Shown in pieces: positions 55,810 through 64,000 of a stretch of DNA of 64,000 nt (positions are counted from its first letter, which is position 1; every line of letters starts with the position of its first letter). The DNA comes from Chloroflexota bacterium (lineage in GTDB: Bacteria; Chloroflexota; UBA11872). Where the stretch lies: positions 70,692 through 134,691 of the forward strand of contig JAJDUU010000052.1 of assembly GCA_022826485.1 (NCBI GenBank), read 5' to 3'. The notes beneath the pieces are model-generated. The model was not told the DNA's origin and did not search any database. It worked only from the letters and a program-made list of their open reading frames with translations. A program made the translations under genes and the position numbers.

Positions 55810-56751
55810 GTGGACGGCGAGCTGAAGATATTTTCGGGCAGCAGCAATCGGGGCCTGGCCGCGCGCATTGCGCGGACGCTGGGACGCCCCCTCGGTGACG
55901 CGACGGTCGGCCACTTTCCCGACGGCGAGTCGCACATTCAGATTTCGGAAAACGTCCGCGGCACCGATGTCTTCGTCGTGCAGTCGACCTGCGCGCCGGT
56001 GGATCGCAACCTGATGCAGCTCCTGATCATGATCGACGCGCTGCGGCGCGCCTCGGCGGGCCGCGTCACGGCGCTGATTCCGTACTTCGGATACGCACGA
56101 CAGGAGAAGAAATCCACCGGCCGGGAGCCGATCACGGCCAAGCTCGTCGCGAACATCCTCGAAGCGGCGGGAGCCTCCCGCATCGTCACGCTCGACCTCC
56201 ATGCCCCCGCCGTTCAGGGCTTCTTCGACATTCCCGTCGATCATCTGCTGGCCGCCCCGCTGCTGGCCGACGCGATCGAGCGTAGGGGTCTGACGGAACC
56301 GGTCATCGTTTCGCCCGACGCCGGCGGCGTGACGCGGGCGCACGACTTCAGTCAGCGCGTTTCCGGCGCTCCCCTAGCCGTCGTCTTCAAGAACCGCACG
56401 GCAGCGGATAGGATTGAGCACCTGCAAATCGTGGGAGACGTCGAAGGACGCGACGCCATCATCGTGGACGACCAGGTCTCGACCGGCCATACGCTGGTGG
56501 AGGCCAGCGAGGCTCTGCGGAAACGGGGCGCGCGCAGCGTCTATGGCTGCGCGGTGCACCCGGTGTTCGCCGACGACGCGCTCGAGCGAATTCAGGACGC
56601 CCCGATCGAGCGACTCTTCATCACGGACACGATTCCGATTGAAGACGGACTCATGAACGGCAAAATACAATTGGTCCACACGCACGAGCTGTTTGGAGAG
56701 GCTGTCCGCCGGATTCACAACGATGAGTCCGTCACGGCATTGTTCAAGTGA
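55810..56751 (+). CDS. prs: Ribose-phosphate pyrophosphokinase.
   Basis: Starts KIFSGSSN. Carries the PRPP-binding region (IIVDDQVSTGHTL). Confidence 0.9.
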   Translation: MDGELKIFSGSSNRGLAARIARTLGRPLGDATVGHFPDGESHIQISENVRGTDVFVVQSTCAPVDRNLMQLLIMIDALRRASAGRVTALIPYFGYARQEKKSTGREPITAKLVANILEAAGASRIVTLDLHAPAVQGFFDIPVDHLLAAPLLADAIERRGLTEPVIVSPDAGGVTRAHDFSQRVSGAPLAVVFKNRTAADRIEHLQIVGDVEGRDAIIVDDQVSTGHTLVEASEALRKRGARSVYGCAVHPVFADDALERIQDAPIERLFITDTIPIEDGLMNGKIQLVHTHELFGEAVRRIHNDESVTALFK

Positions 56752-56858
56752 GAGCCCAGACGTGGGGTATCGAGAGTGGGCGCGCGAATGCGGACCGCGC
56801 GGCACCCGAGGGCGTACGCACCCGACAGTGCGGCGTCTGAACGAGGAGCGGATCCTTT

Positions 56859-58136
56859 TTGGATCCTGTTAGTTGGCTCGGTCTCGTCGGTATTTTCGTT
56901 CTGACCGGATTCTCAGCGCTCGCCAGCGCCAGCGAGAGCGCGCTCAATGAGACCGCACGCACCGATCTGGAGCCGCCTGCGCCGGACGCTCCGGGCGCAG
57001 CGCGCCGCCGCCATGAGTTGCTGACGAATCGCTTTCGATTCTGGGTCGGTCAGCGCCTCAGCGACACCGTCGCGATTCTTCTTTCGGCGACGCTGGCGGC
57101 GACCCTCCTGGCCGACGCGCTGACCACGGTGGTTCCGAATCGCGCCGGAAGCGTGGCCATTGCCGTCGGCGCGCTCGCCGTGCTCCATGCGGGCCTGGCC
57201 CGAATCCTGCCGCGCATCCTGGCGCAGCGGTATCCGCGGACGCTGGCGGAACGGCTCACCTTCATCCCCTGGGTGATCTATGTGGCCTCTCTGCCAGCCA
57301 CGCGTCTGTTCGAACGATTGCTGAGCCCGGCGGAGCAGGAAGCGTGGAAGGCGCCCGATCCGGAGGACGCCGCCGTCTTGAATGCCGTGGAAGCCGGCAC
57401 GCGCGAGGGCACGATCGACGCCTATGACTCGGCGATGATCGCCAACGTCATTCAGCTCGGCGACCGCGTCGCGCGCCAGGTGATGACCCCTCGGCCGGAC
57501 ATCGTGGCCGTGCCGCAGACGCAGCAGGTTCGGACGGCGCTGGCGCTGGCGCACGAACATGGGCTGTCGCGGCTGCCGGTCTACGACAAGGACCTCGATT
57601 CCGTGATTGGCATTCTGCACGTGCGGGAGGCGAGCGCGGCGCTGCTCGACGGCCAGCCGCCGCCAGACCTCTCGACACTCATTCGTCCGCCCCTGTTTGT
57701 GCCGGAGATGCAGCGCGTCGACCTGCTCTTGCGCGAGCTGCGCACCCGCAACACGCACATGGCGATCGTCGTCAACGAGCACGGCGAAACCGAGGGCCTG
57801 GTGACGATCGAGGATCTCTTGGAAGAGATCGTGGGCGAGATCGAAGATGAGTTCGACTCGCCCGAGGTCCAAATCGAGCCCACGGGCGCCGGAGTCATCG
57901 AGACCGACGCGAGCGTTCTCATCACCGACGTCAATGAGGCGTTGGGGCTCGAGCTCGCCGCCGACGACGTCGACACCATCGGCGGGCTGGTCTACAACTC
58001 GATGGGGGTCGTCCCAAGCCCCGGAGACTCCGTTTCGGTCGATGGTGCGGCGCTCGAGGTGCTCACCACCAAGGCCAATCGGATTCTGCGCGTGCGGGTG
58101 CGCAAGACTCCCGTGGAGCCGGCCCATGGAGGCTGA
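56859..58136 (+). CDS. CNNM (DUF21) / CBS-pair / CorC_HlyC-domain transporter-associated protein, paralog 1, with a TTG start.
   Basis: Has an N-terminal transmembrane domain, tandem CBS domains (QVMTPRPDIV...) and a C-terminal CorC_HlyC domain. Confidence 0.72.
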   Translation: MDPVSWLGLVGIFVLTGFSALASASESALNETARTDLEPPAPDAPGAARRRHELLTNRFRFWVGQRLSDTVAILLSATLAATLLADALTTVVPNRAGSVAIAVGALAVLHAGLARILPRILAQRYPRTLAERLTFIPWVIYVASLPATRLFERLLSPAEQEAWKAPDPEDAAVLNAVEAGTREGTIDAYDSAMIANVIQLGDRVARQVMTPRPDIVAVPQTQQVRTALALAHEHGLSRLPVYDKDLDSVIGILHVREASAALLDGQPPPDLSTLIRPPLFVPEMQRVDLLLRELRTRNTHMAIVVNEHGETEGLVTIEDLLEEIVGEIEDEFDSPEVQIEPTGAGVIETDASVLITDVNEALGLELAADDVDTIGGLVYNSMGVVPSPGDSVSVDGAALEVLTTKANRILRVRVRKTPVEPAHGG

Positions 58137-58237
58137 CCAGCCTCCCGATACGGTGCCGGAATTGACCGCCGCGACCGGCCATGCCGGCCTAACGTGACGC
58201 AGGGAACGACGCCATAGAGATCCTCGTCGGCCTCGCG

Positions 58238-59521
58238 GTGTTCGTGGTGCTCATCGCGATCAACGCCCTCTTTGCCGGAGGTCAGTTCGCGTTGGTTGCG
58301 GTGGATCGCTATCGCATCGACGACATGGTCAGCCGCAACGTGCGCGGCGCGCGCCCGGTGCAGCAGGCGCTGCGAACGCTCTCGTTCCAGCTGTCGGGCG
58401 CCCAACTGGGCATCACCATAAGCTCGCTGATTCTGGGCTGGGTGGTCGACGGCGCTCTGTCGCCGCTGCTTCGGCCGCTGCTGGGTTGGCTTCCGCCCGG
58501 ATCGATCGGCGCCGCGACCGCCGCCATCGCCCTCACGCTCGCCACCGCCCTGCAAATGGTTTTCGGCGAACTGGCGCCAAAGAATCTCGCCATCGCACGG
58601 CCGGCCCGCACCGCCGTCATCTTCGTGCCGCCGGTTGTGCTCATCAATACGCTTGCCGGCCCGCTGATCCGCTTCTTGAACGCGGCGGCCAACTGGTCCA
58701 TGCAGCGGGTGGGGATCCAGCCGCGCGAGGAGCTTCCGGGCGTGGAGTCGCTCGAGGAGCTGCGAGGCACGCTCCGCTGGGCGGCGCTGGAAGGTGAGAT
58801 CGAGGGCGTGGAGCACACCCTGCTGGACCGCGCGCTCAGCCTGCGGGACCGCGACGCGCGCGACGTCCTGGTCCCCCGCTCGTCGGTGGTGTCGCTGGCC
58901 GGCGACGCCACCTACGCGGATCTGATCGAGGCGGCGCGTGAGACCGGACACTCGCGCTTTCCGATTCAAGATCCGAGCGGCCCGGGGTTCACGGCCGTGG
59001 CGCACGTGAAGGACGCCCTCCGGGTCGCTGCCGAGGATCGCGGGCGGACGGTGCTCGCGGCCAGTGACCAACCGCTGCTCGTGGTCCCCGAGTCCACCGA
59101 CCTGCACAGCCTGCTGGTCGAGCTGCAGCAGCGAGGACAGGCGATGGCCATCGTTCTCGACGAGTTCGGCCACGAAGCCGGAATCGTCACGATCGAGGAC
59201 ATCGTCGAGGAAGTGTTGGGTGCGATCGAAGACGAATACGACCCGCCGGCCGTGCGGCTGGCGACGCCCACCGGCACCGGCGTGTATGAAGCCGACGGAC
59301 GCATCCGGCGGCAGGAGCTGCTGGAAGCCACCGGGTTCGAGATGCCCGACGGACGCTACGACACCCTGGCGGGGCTCCTGTTCGTGCGCTTCCAGCGGGT
59401 GCCCAGCGTTGGGGACGTCGTCGAGATCGACGGTTGGCGCTGTCAGATTCTCGAACTGGACGGGCCGCGCATCGCGCAGGTCCTGCTCACCTCGCCGGCG
59501 CGTCTGCGAGCCGGCTCATGA
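58238..59521 (+). CDS. CNNM/CBS/CorC_HlyC protein, paralog 2.
   Basis: Same domain order. Carries ELAPKN and tandem CBS domains. Confidence 0.75.
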   Translation: MFVVLIAINALFAGGQFALVAVDRYRIDDMVSRNVRGARPVQQALRTLSFQLSGAQLGITISSLILGWVVDGALSPLLRPLLGWLPPGSIGAATAAIALTLATALQMVFGELAPKNLAIARPARTAVIFVPPVVLINTLAGPLIRFLNAAANWSMQRVGIQPREELPGVESLEELRGTLRWAALEGEIEGVEHTLLDRALSLRDRDARDVLVPRSSVVSLAGDATYADLIEAARETGHSRFPIQDPSGPGFTAVAHVKDALRVAAEDRGRTVLAASDQPLLVVPESTDLHSLLVELQQRGQAMAIVLDEFGHEAGIVTIEDIVEEVLGAIEDEYDPPAVRLATPTGTGVYEADGRIRRQELLEATGFEMPDGRYDTLAGLLFVRFQRVPSVGDVVEIDGWRCQILELDGPRIAQVLLTSPARLRAGS

Positions 59522-60849
59522 ACGGCGTGTTCATTCTCGCGGCCGTTCTGCTGCTGGCCGTGAACGCGTTCATGGTCGCGGCCGAAGTGGCCATAACGGC
59601 AGCCGCCGGGCGGCGCTCGGCCATCGAGGCCGCAGCCGCGCTGGGCGGCTATCGCGCGCGCCTGGCCAGCAGGTCGTTGCGCGAGCTCGCCTTCATGCTC
59701 ACCGGCGCGCAATTCGGGATCACCCTCGCCTCGCTAGGGCTCGGATTCGTCGCCGAGCCGGCCATCGCCGATCTGATCGTCCACGCGGTGGGCGACCATA
59801 TCGACCTACCCGAGGCCTTGGTCCATGGCATCGCCTCGGCAATCGCCCTCACCCTGGTCGTGTTTCTCCACATGGTGCTTGGCGAGATGGCGCCCAAGAA
59901 CATCGCCATTGCCGAGCCGATCCGAACGATGCTGTGGGTCTCGGTGCCGTACCGGGGCTACGCCAACGCGATTCGACCGGTGCTCTGGGTCCTCAACGGC
60001 ATGGCCAACATGGTGCTGCGGGCATTCGGCATCGCCCCGCGCGAGGAACTTCGCGCCCGCTACACCGCGACGCAGATCGCCGAGATGCTGTCGGCGCTGC
60101 GCCGCATCGGGGCCATCGACATTTCCGACTACCGGCTGGCGCAGGGAACCATCGGTCTCCAGTCGCGCAAGGCCCGCGACATCATGCTGCCGCGATCATC
60201 GGTCGTAACGGTTCCGGCCACGGCCACGATTCGCGAAATCGAGGCGTTGGCCGCCGACACCGGGCACTCGCGATTGCCGGTGCTTGGCAGCCAACCGGAC
60301 GACTTCCGGGGATTCGTGCATGTCAAGGACCTCCTCGCGCGAACCGACCTGCAGCCATCGTCTCCCCTGGCTCCGGCCATGATTCGCCGGTTGCCGGTGG
60401 TGCCCGAGACCGCCACGCTGGGCGCGCTGCTGCTCGACATGCGGCGCCGGCGCAGCCACATGGCGCTCGCCATCGACGAGCATGGCAGCCCGGCGGGCGT
60501 GGTCACCCTGGAGGATCTGCTCGAAGAGCTGGTGGGCGAAATCGCCGATGAGTTCGATCGGCAGGCCCAGCGGCCGCCGCTCCCAGGTAGCCGAGTAGTG
60601 GTCGGCGGCAGCCTGCGACCTTCCGAGCTCGCCGAGCAGACTGGCCTCCACCTCCCCGAGGGGCCGTACTCCACGGTCGCCGGCTACGTCATGCAGCGTC
60701 TGGGGGCCATGCCGCGCGTGGGACAGGCCCTACAGCACGAGGGTTGGCAGCTACGCGTCCACCGCATGGACGGCCCCCGTGTGTCCGAGATCGAGCTGGT
60801 GCCTCCGGAGAAGACTCCAGACGCTGAAGGTGACGACCATTCCGCGTGA
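59518..60849 (+). CDS. CNNM/CBS/CorC_HlyC protein, paralog 3.
   Basis: Same domain order. The start is chosen at MNGVFILAAV, which overlaps the paralog 2 stop as ATGA. Confidence 0.75.
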   Translation: MNGVFILAAVLLLAVNAFMVAAEVAITAAAGRRSAIEAAAALGGYRARLASRSLRELAFMLTGAQFGITLASLGLGFVAEPAIADLIVHAVGDHIDLPEALVHGIASAIALTLVVFLHMVLGEMAPKNIAIAEPIRTMLWVSVPYRGYANAIRPVLWVLNGMANMVLRAFGIAPREELRARYTATQIAEMLSALRRIGAIDISDYRLAQGTIGLQSRKARDIMLPRSSVVTVPATATIREIEALAADTGHSRLPVLGSQPDDFRGFVHVKDLLARTDLQPSSPLAPAMIRRLPVVPETATLGALLLDMRRRRSHMALAIDEHGSPAGVVTLEDLLEELVGEIADEFDRQAQRPPLPGSRVVVGGSLRPSELAEQTGLHLPEGPYSTVAGYVMQRLGAMPRVGQALQHEGWQLRVHRMDGPRVSEIELVPPEKTPDAEGDDHSA

Positions 60850-60893
60850 CGGCGGTCGTTGCCCGGCGTTCCGGCACCGCTTAGGCTGACGCC

Positions 60894-61676
60894 ATGCGCG
60901 AGCTGGGCCGGTCGCAGACGTATCGGGCAGAGGGCATCGTGCTCGGTCGCCGCGACCTCGGCGATGCCGACCGCATCGTCACCCTCTTCACGCGTGAGTT
61001 CGGACGACGGCGCCTGGTCGCGCGGGGCTCGCGGCGGCCGGCCAGCCACCTGGCGCCGAGCATCGAGCTGTTCAATCGCGTTCGGATCCTGGGCGTGGTG
61101 GGCTCGTCGCTCGACATCCTGTCGCAGGTCGAGGAGCTGGACTCCCATCCGCGGCTGCGGACCGATCTGGCGGCATTCGCCGCGGCCGGATGGTCGGTCG
61201 AACTGCTCGATGGCCTGAGCGAAGACAACGAGCCCTCGGTCGAGGCCTACGACGCCCTCCTCACCTTCCTGCGGGGCCTCGACCTCAGCCCAGACCCGCC
61301 GGAGCTTTGGCTTACGGCGCTGGCGCTCATCCTCCTGCAACTGCACGGCTACTCGCCGGAGCTTGGCGCCTGCACCACGTGCGGACAGACGCTGCAACCC
61401 GGCGACCACCGTTTCGCCAGCGCGGCGGGCGGGGTGGTCTGCCGGGCCCACAGTCACGAACACGAGACCCGGCCCCTCGGCGTGGCGGCGCTCAAGGTGC
61501 TGCGCTATCTCGGGCGCGAGGGATTTCACGCCGCCGCGCGCCTGCGGGTGGACGCGGCCGTGCGCAGCGAGGTTCGCGACATCCTGCGGGCATACTCGAC
61601 CACGATCCTCGAACGGGATGTGAAGTCCGCGCGCATGCTGAATCCGGCGGCGCCTGGGAAACTGGCAGCACGCTGA
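60894..61676 (+). CDS. recO: DNA repair protein RecO.
   Basis: OB-fold N-terminus and a C-terminal Cys4 zinc motif (CTTCGQ...CRAH). Confidence 0.8.
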   Translation: MRELGRSQTYRAEGIVLGRRDLGDADRIVTLFTREFGRRRLVARGSRRPASHLAPSIELFNRVRILGVVGSSLDILSQVEELDSHPRLRTDLAAFAAAGWSVELLDGLSEDNEPSVEAYDALLTFLRGLDLSPDPPELWLTALALILLQLHGYSPELGACTTCGQTLQPGDHRFASAAGGVVCRAHSHEHETRPLGVAALKVLRYLGREGFHAAARLRVDAAVRSEVRDILRAYSTTILERDVKSARMLNPAAPGKLAAR

Positions 61677-61722
61677 CCGGCCCCACCCGCGGCGGGTCGC
61701 CGCCGCTTCGGAAGGACTAACC

Positions 61723-63027
61723 ATGGCAGCCCCGGACCTCGACACGTTGGTCGCTCTCGCCAAGCGACGCGGCTTCGTGTTTGGGAGCTCGGAGATCTAT
61801 GGCGGGTTTGCCAGCACCTGGGACTACGGACCGCTGGGCGCCGAGCTGATCCGCAACGTCAAGGAGGCCTGGTGGCGTCGGGTGGTGATGGCGCGTGAAG
61901 ACGTGGTCGGGCTCAACGCCTCGATCCTCATGCACCCGCGCGTCTGGGAAGCCTCGGGGCACGTCGAGAACTTCAACGACCCATTGGTCGAATGCCCCAT
62001 TTGTCGGCGTCGCTTTCGGCTGGACGACGTTCCGGACGGCGTCTGCCCGTACGACGGCGCGGTGCTCACCGAACCGCGACGCTTCAACACCATGTTCAGC
62101 ACGCAGGTCGGACCGGTCGAGGAGTCGGCGGCCACGGCGTACCTCCGCCCCGAGACGGCCCAAGCGATCTTCGTGAATTTCAAAAACGTCCTCGACTCGA
62201 CGCGCGTGCGGCTGCCGTTCGGGATTGCCCAGATCGGCAAGGCCTTCCGTAACGAGATCACCACGGGCAACTTCATCTTTCGCAGCCGCGAGTTCGAGCA
62301 GATGGAGTTGGAGTACTTCGTGGAGCCGGGCCAGGACACGGCCGCCTACGAGTCGTGGATCGACGAACGCCTGGCCTGGTGGCATGAGTTTGGCGTCAGC
62401 CCCGACCGCCTCCGTCTGCGCCCCCACGACGCCGACGAGCTTTCGCACTACTCGAAGGGCACAACCGACATCGAATACGAGTTCCCCTTCGGCTGGGGCG
62501 AGCTCGAAGGCATCGCCAACCGCACCGACTTCGATCTCGCGCGGCACGCCGAGGCCAGCGGCGAGGCGCTCACGGTGTTCGATGAGGCCTCCAAGACTCA
62601 CGTCCGGCCCTACGTCATCGAGCCGTCGAGCGGCGTCGACCGGGCGGCATTGGCATTCCTGGCCGACGCCTACACCGAGCAGGATGTGCGCGGCGAGACG
62701 CGCGTGTTCCTGAACCTCGACCCGCGTCTGGCGCCGATAAAGGCCGCCATCTTTCCGCTGGCGCGAAACAAGCCCGAGTTGGTCAAGCTGGCGCGCGACG
62801 TGCGAGCGCGACTGGCAGCCTCATGGCCGGTGTTCTACGACGCCGGCGGGTCCATTGGACGGCGCTACGCCCGCCAGGACGAGGCCGGCACGCCGTTCGG
62901 CATCACCGTGGACTACGACTCGCTGGACGACCGCGCCGTGACAGTCCGCCACCGCGACACGATGGACCAGGACCGCGTGCCGGTGGACGATCTGCACGGC
63001 TTCCTGGCCGAGCGGCTGGCCTGGTAG
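61723..63027 (+). CDS. glyQS: Glycine--tRNA ligase (class II, alpha2-type).
   Basis: Carries GFVFGSSEIYGG, class II motifs and a C-terminal anticodon-binding domain. Confidence 0.9.
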   Translation: MAAPDLDTLVALAKRRGFVFGSSEIYGGFASTWDYGPLGAELIRNVKEAWWRRVVMAREDVVGLNASILMHPRVWEASGHVENFNDPLVECPICRRRFRLDDVPDGVCPYDGAVLTEPRRFNTMFSTQVGPVEESAATAYLRPETAQAIFVNFKNVLDSTRVRLPFGIAQIGKAFRNEITTGNFIFRSREFEQMELEYFVEPGQDTAAYESWIDERLAWWHEFGVSPDRLRLRPHDADELSHYSKGTTDIEYEFPFGWGELEGIANRTDFDLARHAEASGEALTVFDEASKTHVRPYVIEPSSGVDRAALAFLADAYTEQDVRGETRVFLNLDPRLAPIKAAIFPLARNKPELVKLARDVRARLAASWPVFYDAGGSIGRRYARQDEAGTPFGITVDYDSLDDRAVTVRHRDTMDQDRVPVDDLHGFLAERLAW

Positions 63028-63029
63028 GC

Positions 63030-63665
63030 ATGGGCGGCGAAGGCGGACAAGCGGCCGGATCGTATTCGCGCGCCGAGCGCATCATCCTCGGCCCGTTTCG
63101 TCGCGGCATGGCCTACGTCCTCGCGCCGGTGGTGGCCGTGCTGGCCCGACTGGGCGTGCCGCCCACGGCCGTGTCGTTCAGCCAGATTCCGATCGGGTTC
63201 GCCGCTGCGGCGCTGATCATGCATGCGCCGCGCGTGGCGCTGGGATTGTTCGTGGGCACGCTGCTGCTGGACGCCATCGACGGCGCGCTCGCCCGAAAAA
63301 CGGGCCGTGAATCGCCCTTCGGAGCGCTGGCCGACCAGGTGTCCGACCACATCCGCGAGATCACGTTTATCGGTGGCCTGGTCGCTGCCGGCGCTATGCG
63401 CGGCGAAATCGGCGTGGCTTACGCGCTGCTGTATCCGTTGGTGAACTTCATGCTCTACGCCGCCAATCGCTACGGCGCCGACGTGCCGCTGGCAATCAAG
63501 ACCTGGATGTCGTTCTACCCATTCCTGCTCATCTACCTGGCGTTCGAGGTCAACTGGCTGGACTATGCCGGCGCGGCGTCCGCCGCCTTCATGGCCGCGA
63601 CGTCGATCACGGCGCTGGTGCTGCTGCGCCGGCGCATGGGCGAGGGGGACGCGGCGTCCGGCTAG
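63030..63665 (+). CDS. CDP-alcohol phosphatidyltransferase family protein.
   Basis: Carries the D-G-x2-A-R...G-x3-D-x3-D motif (LDAIDGALARKTGRESPFGALADQVSD) and is polytopic. The start is chosen at MGGEGG, just after the glyQS stop. Confidence 0.7.
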   Translation: MGGEGGQAAGSYSRAERIILGPFRRGMAYVLAPVVAVLARLGVPPTAVSFSQIPIGFAAAALIMHAPRVALGLFVGTLLLDAIDGALARKTGRESPFGALADQVSDHIREITFIGGLVAAGAMRGEIGVAYALLYPLVNFMLYAANRYGADVPLAIKTWMSFYPFLLIYLAFEVNWLDYAGAASAAFMAATSITALVLLRRRMGEGDAASG

Positions 63666-64000
63666 TGCATCACCATGCCGCCGTCGACGCTGATTGACTG
63701 ACCGGTCATGTAGGAGGCGTCATCCGACGCCAGCATGACCGCCGCGTTCGCCACATCCTCAGGCTGCCCGTAGCGCCCGAGGGGTATGCCCGACAGCCCG
63801 CGAGCCCATGCGCCGCCGGCTGGATTTTCCTCGAGCCCGGAAAGCACGGGATCGAGCATCTCCCAAAACCGAGTGTCGACAATGCCGGGGCATAACGCGT
63901 TGACGCGGATGCCGTGCGGCGCGAGCTCAATCGCCGCGGCGCGTGTGATCCCGATAACCGCGTGCTTGGCGGCGCAGTAGGCCGTGAGGTTGGCGCGGCC
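63662..64000 (-). CDS. SDR-family oxidoreductase, partial. The C-terminus is present; the N-terminus lies beyond the window edge.
   Basis: Manual reverse translation of 63860-64000 continues in frame as ...NLTAYCAAKHAVIGITRAAAIELAPHGIRVNALCPG..., which contains the YxxxK catalytic motif. Its stop overlaps the upstream CDS stop by 4 nt. Confidence 0.7.
   Translation of the reverse strand, partial: GRANLTAYCAAKHAVIGITRAAAIELAPHGIRVNALCPGIVDTRFWEMLDPVLSGLEENPAGGAWARGLSGIPLGRYGQPEDVANAAVMLASDDASYMTGQSISVDGGMVMH

Noticed and set aside
62823-63029. A long N-terminal extension of the CDP-alcohol phosphatidyltransferase ORF that overlaps the glyQS 3' end.
   Set aside because: The extension is Arg/Pro-rich and out of frame with glyQS. 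The internal ATG at 63030 directly follows the glyQS stop and precedes the first transmembrane helix.

Overview
This is a high-GC (about 70%) bacterial chromosomal window, densely packed with core housekeeping genes on both strands. I found no mobile elements, CRISPR arrays or defence-like genes.

Content, left to right:
- A partial ABC ATPase, an orphan hydantoinase-A (hyuA) gene, and two tandem GH42 beta-galactosidase paralogs forming a roughly 2.1 kb direct duplication.
- A rex redox repressor gene directly upstream of an NADH:quinone oxidoreductase (complex I) operon ordered nuoA-C-D-G-H-I-J-K-L-M-N. nuoB, nuoE and nuoF are not in the cluster.
- A rearranged fatty-acid synthesis / acetyl-CoA carboxylase neighbourhood: acpP, bioY, accB, fabF, a divergent fabH, two PLP aminotransferases, a HIT hydrolase, lepB, rluD, tatC, nusB, accC, fabG, fabD, rpmF and yceD. 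plsX is absent from between rpmF and fabD.
- coaD, rsmD, recG, fakA/yloV, rpmB, rpe, rlmN, two tandem YugP-like zinc metallopeptidases, fmt, def, priA, gmk, prmC, prfA, a DUF1385 gene, rpmE and a WecA/MraY-family transferase.
- rpsU, yqeY, ybeY, ispE, a tRNA-Gln(UUG), glmU, prs, three tandem CNNM/CBS/CorC transporter paralogs, recO, glyQS, a CDP-alcohol phosphatidyltransferase and a partial SDR oxidoreductase.

The gene order (rpsU-yqeY-ybeY, recG-yloV-rpmB, glmU-prs) and the presence of S21 look Firmicutes/Terrabacteria-like despite the high GC, which suggests a Chloroflexi/Thermomicrobia-like or related lineage. This lineage guess is inference only.

I could not identify an obviously novel multi-gene system. 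The more unusual points are the split complex I operon with a candidate Rex operator, the shuffled fatty-acid synthesis/acc cluster with a bioY-accB linkage, several tandem paralog arrays, and small cis-elements in the rpsU leader, the fabF/fabH intergenic region and at the corC start. A PrmC NPPY to NLPY variant is also noted. All product calls rest on motifs I recognise in the translations and on gene neighbourhood, not on database searches.
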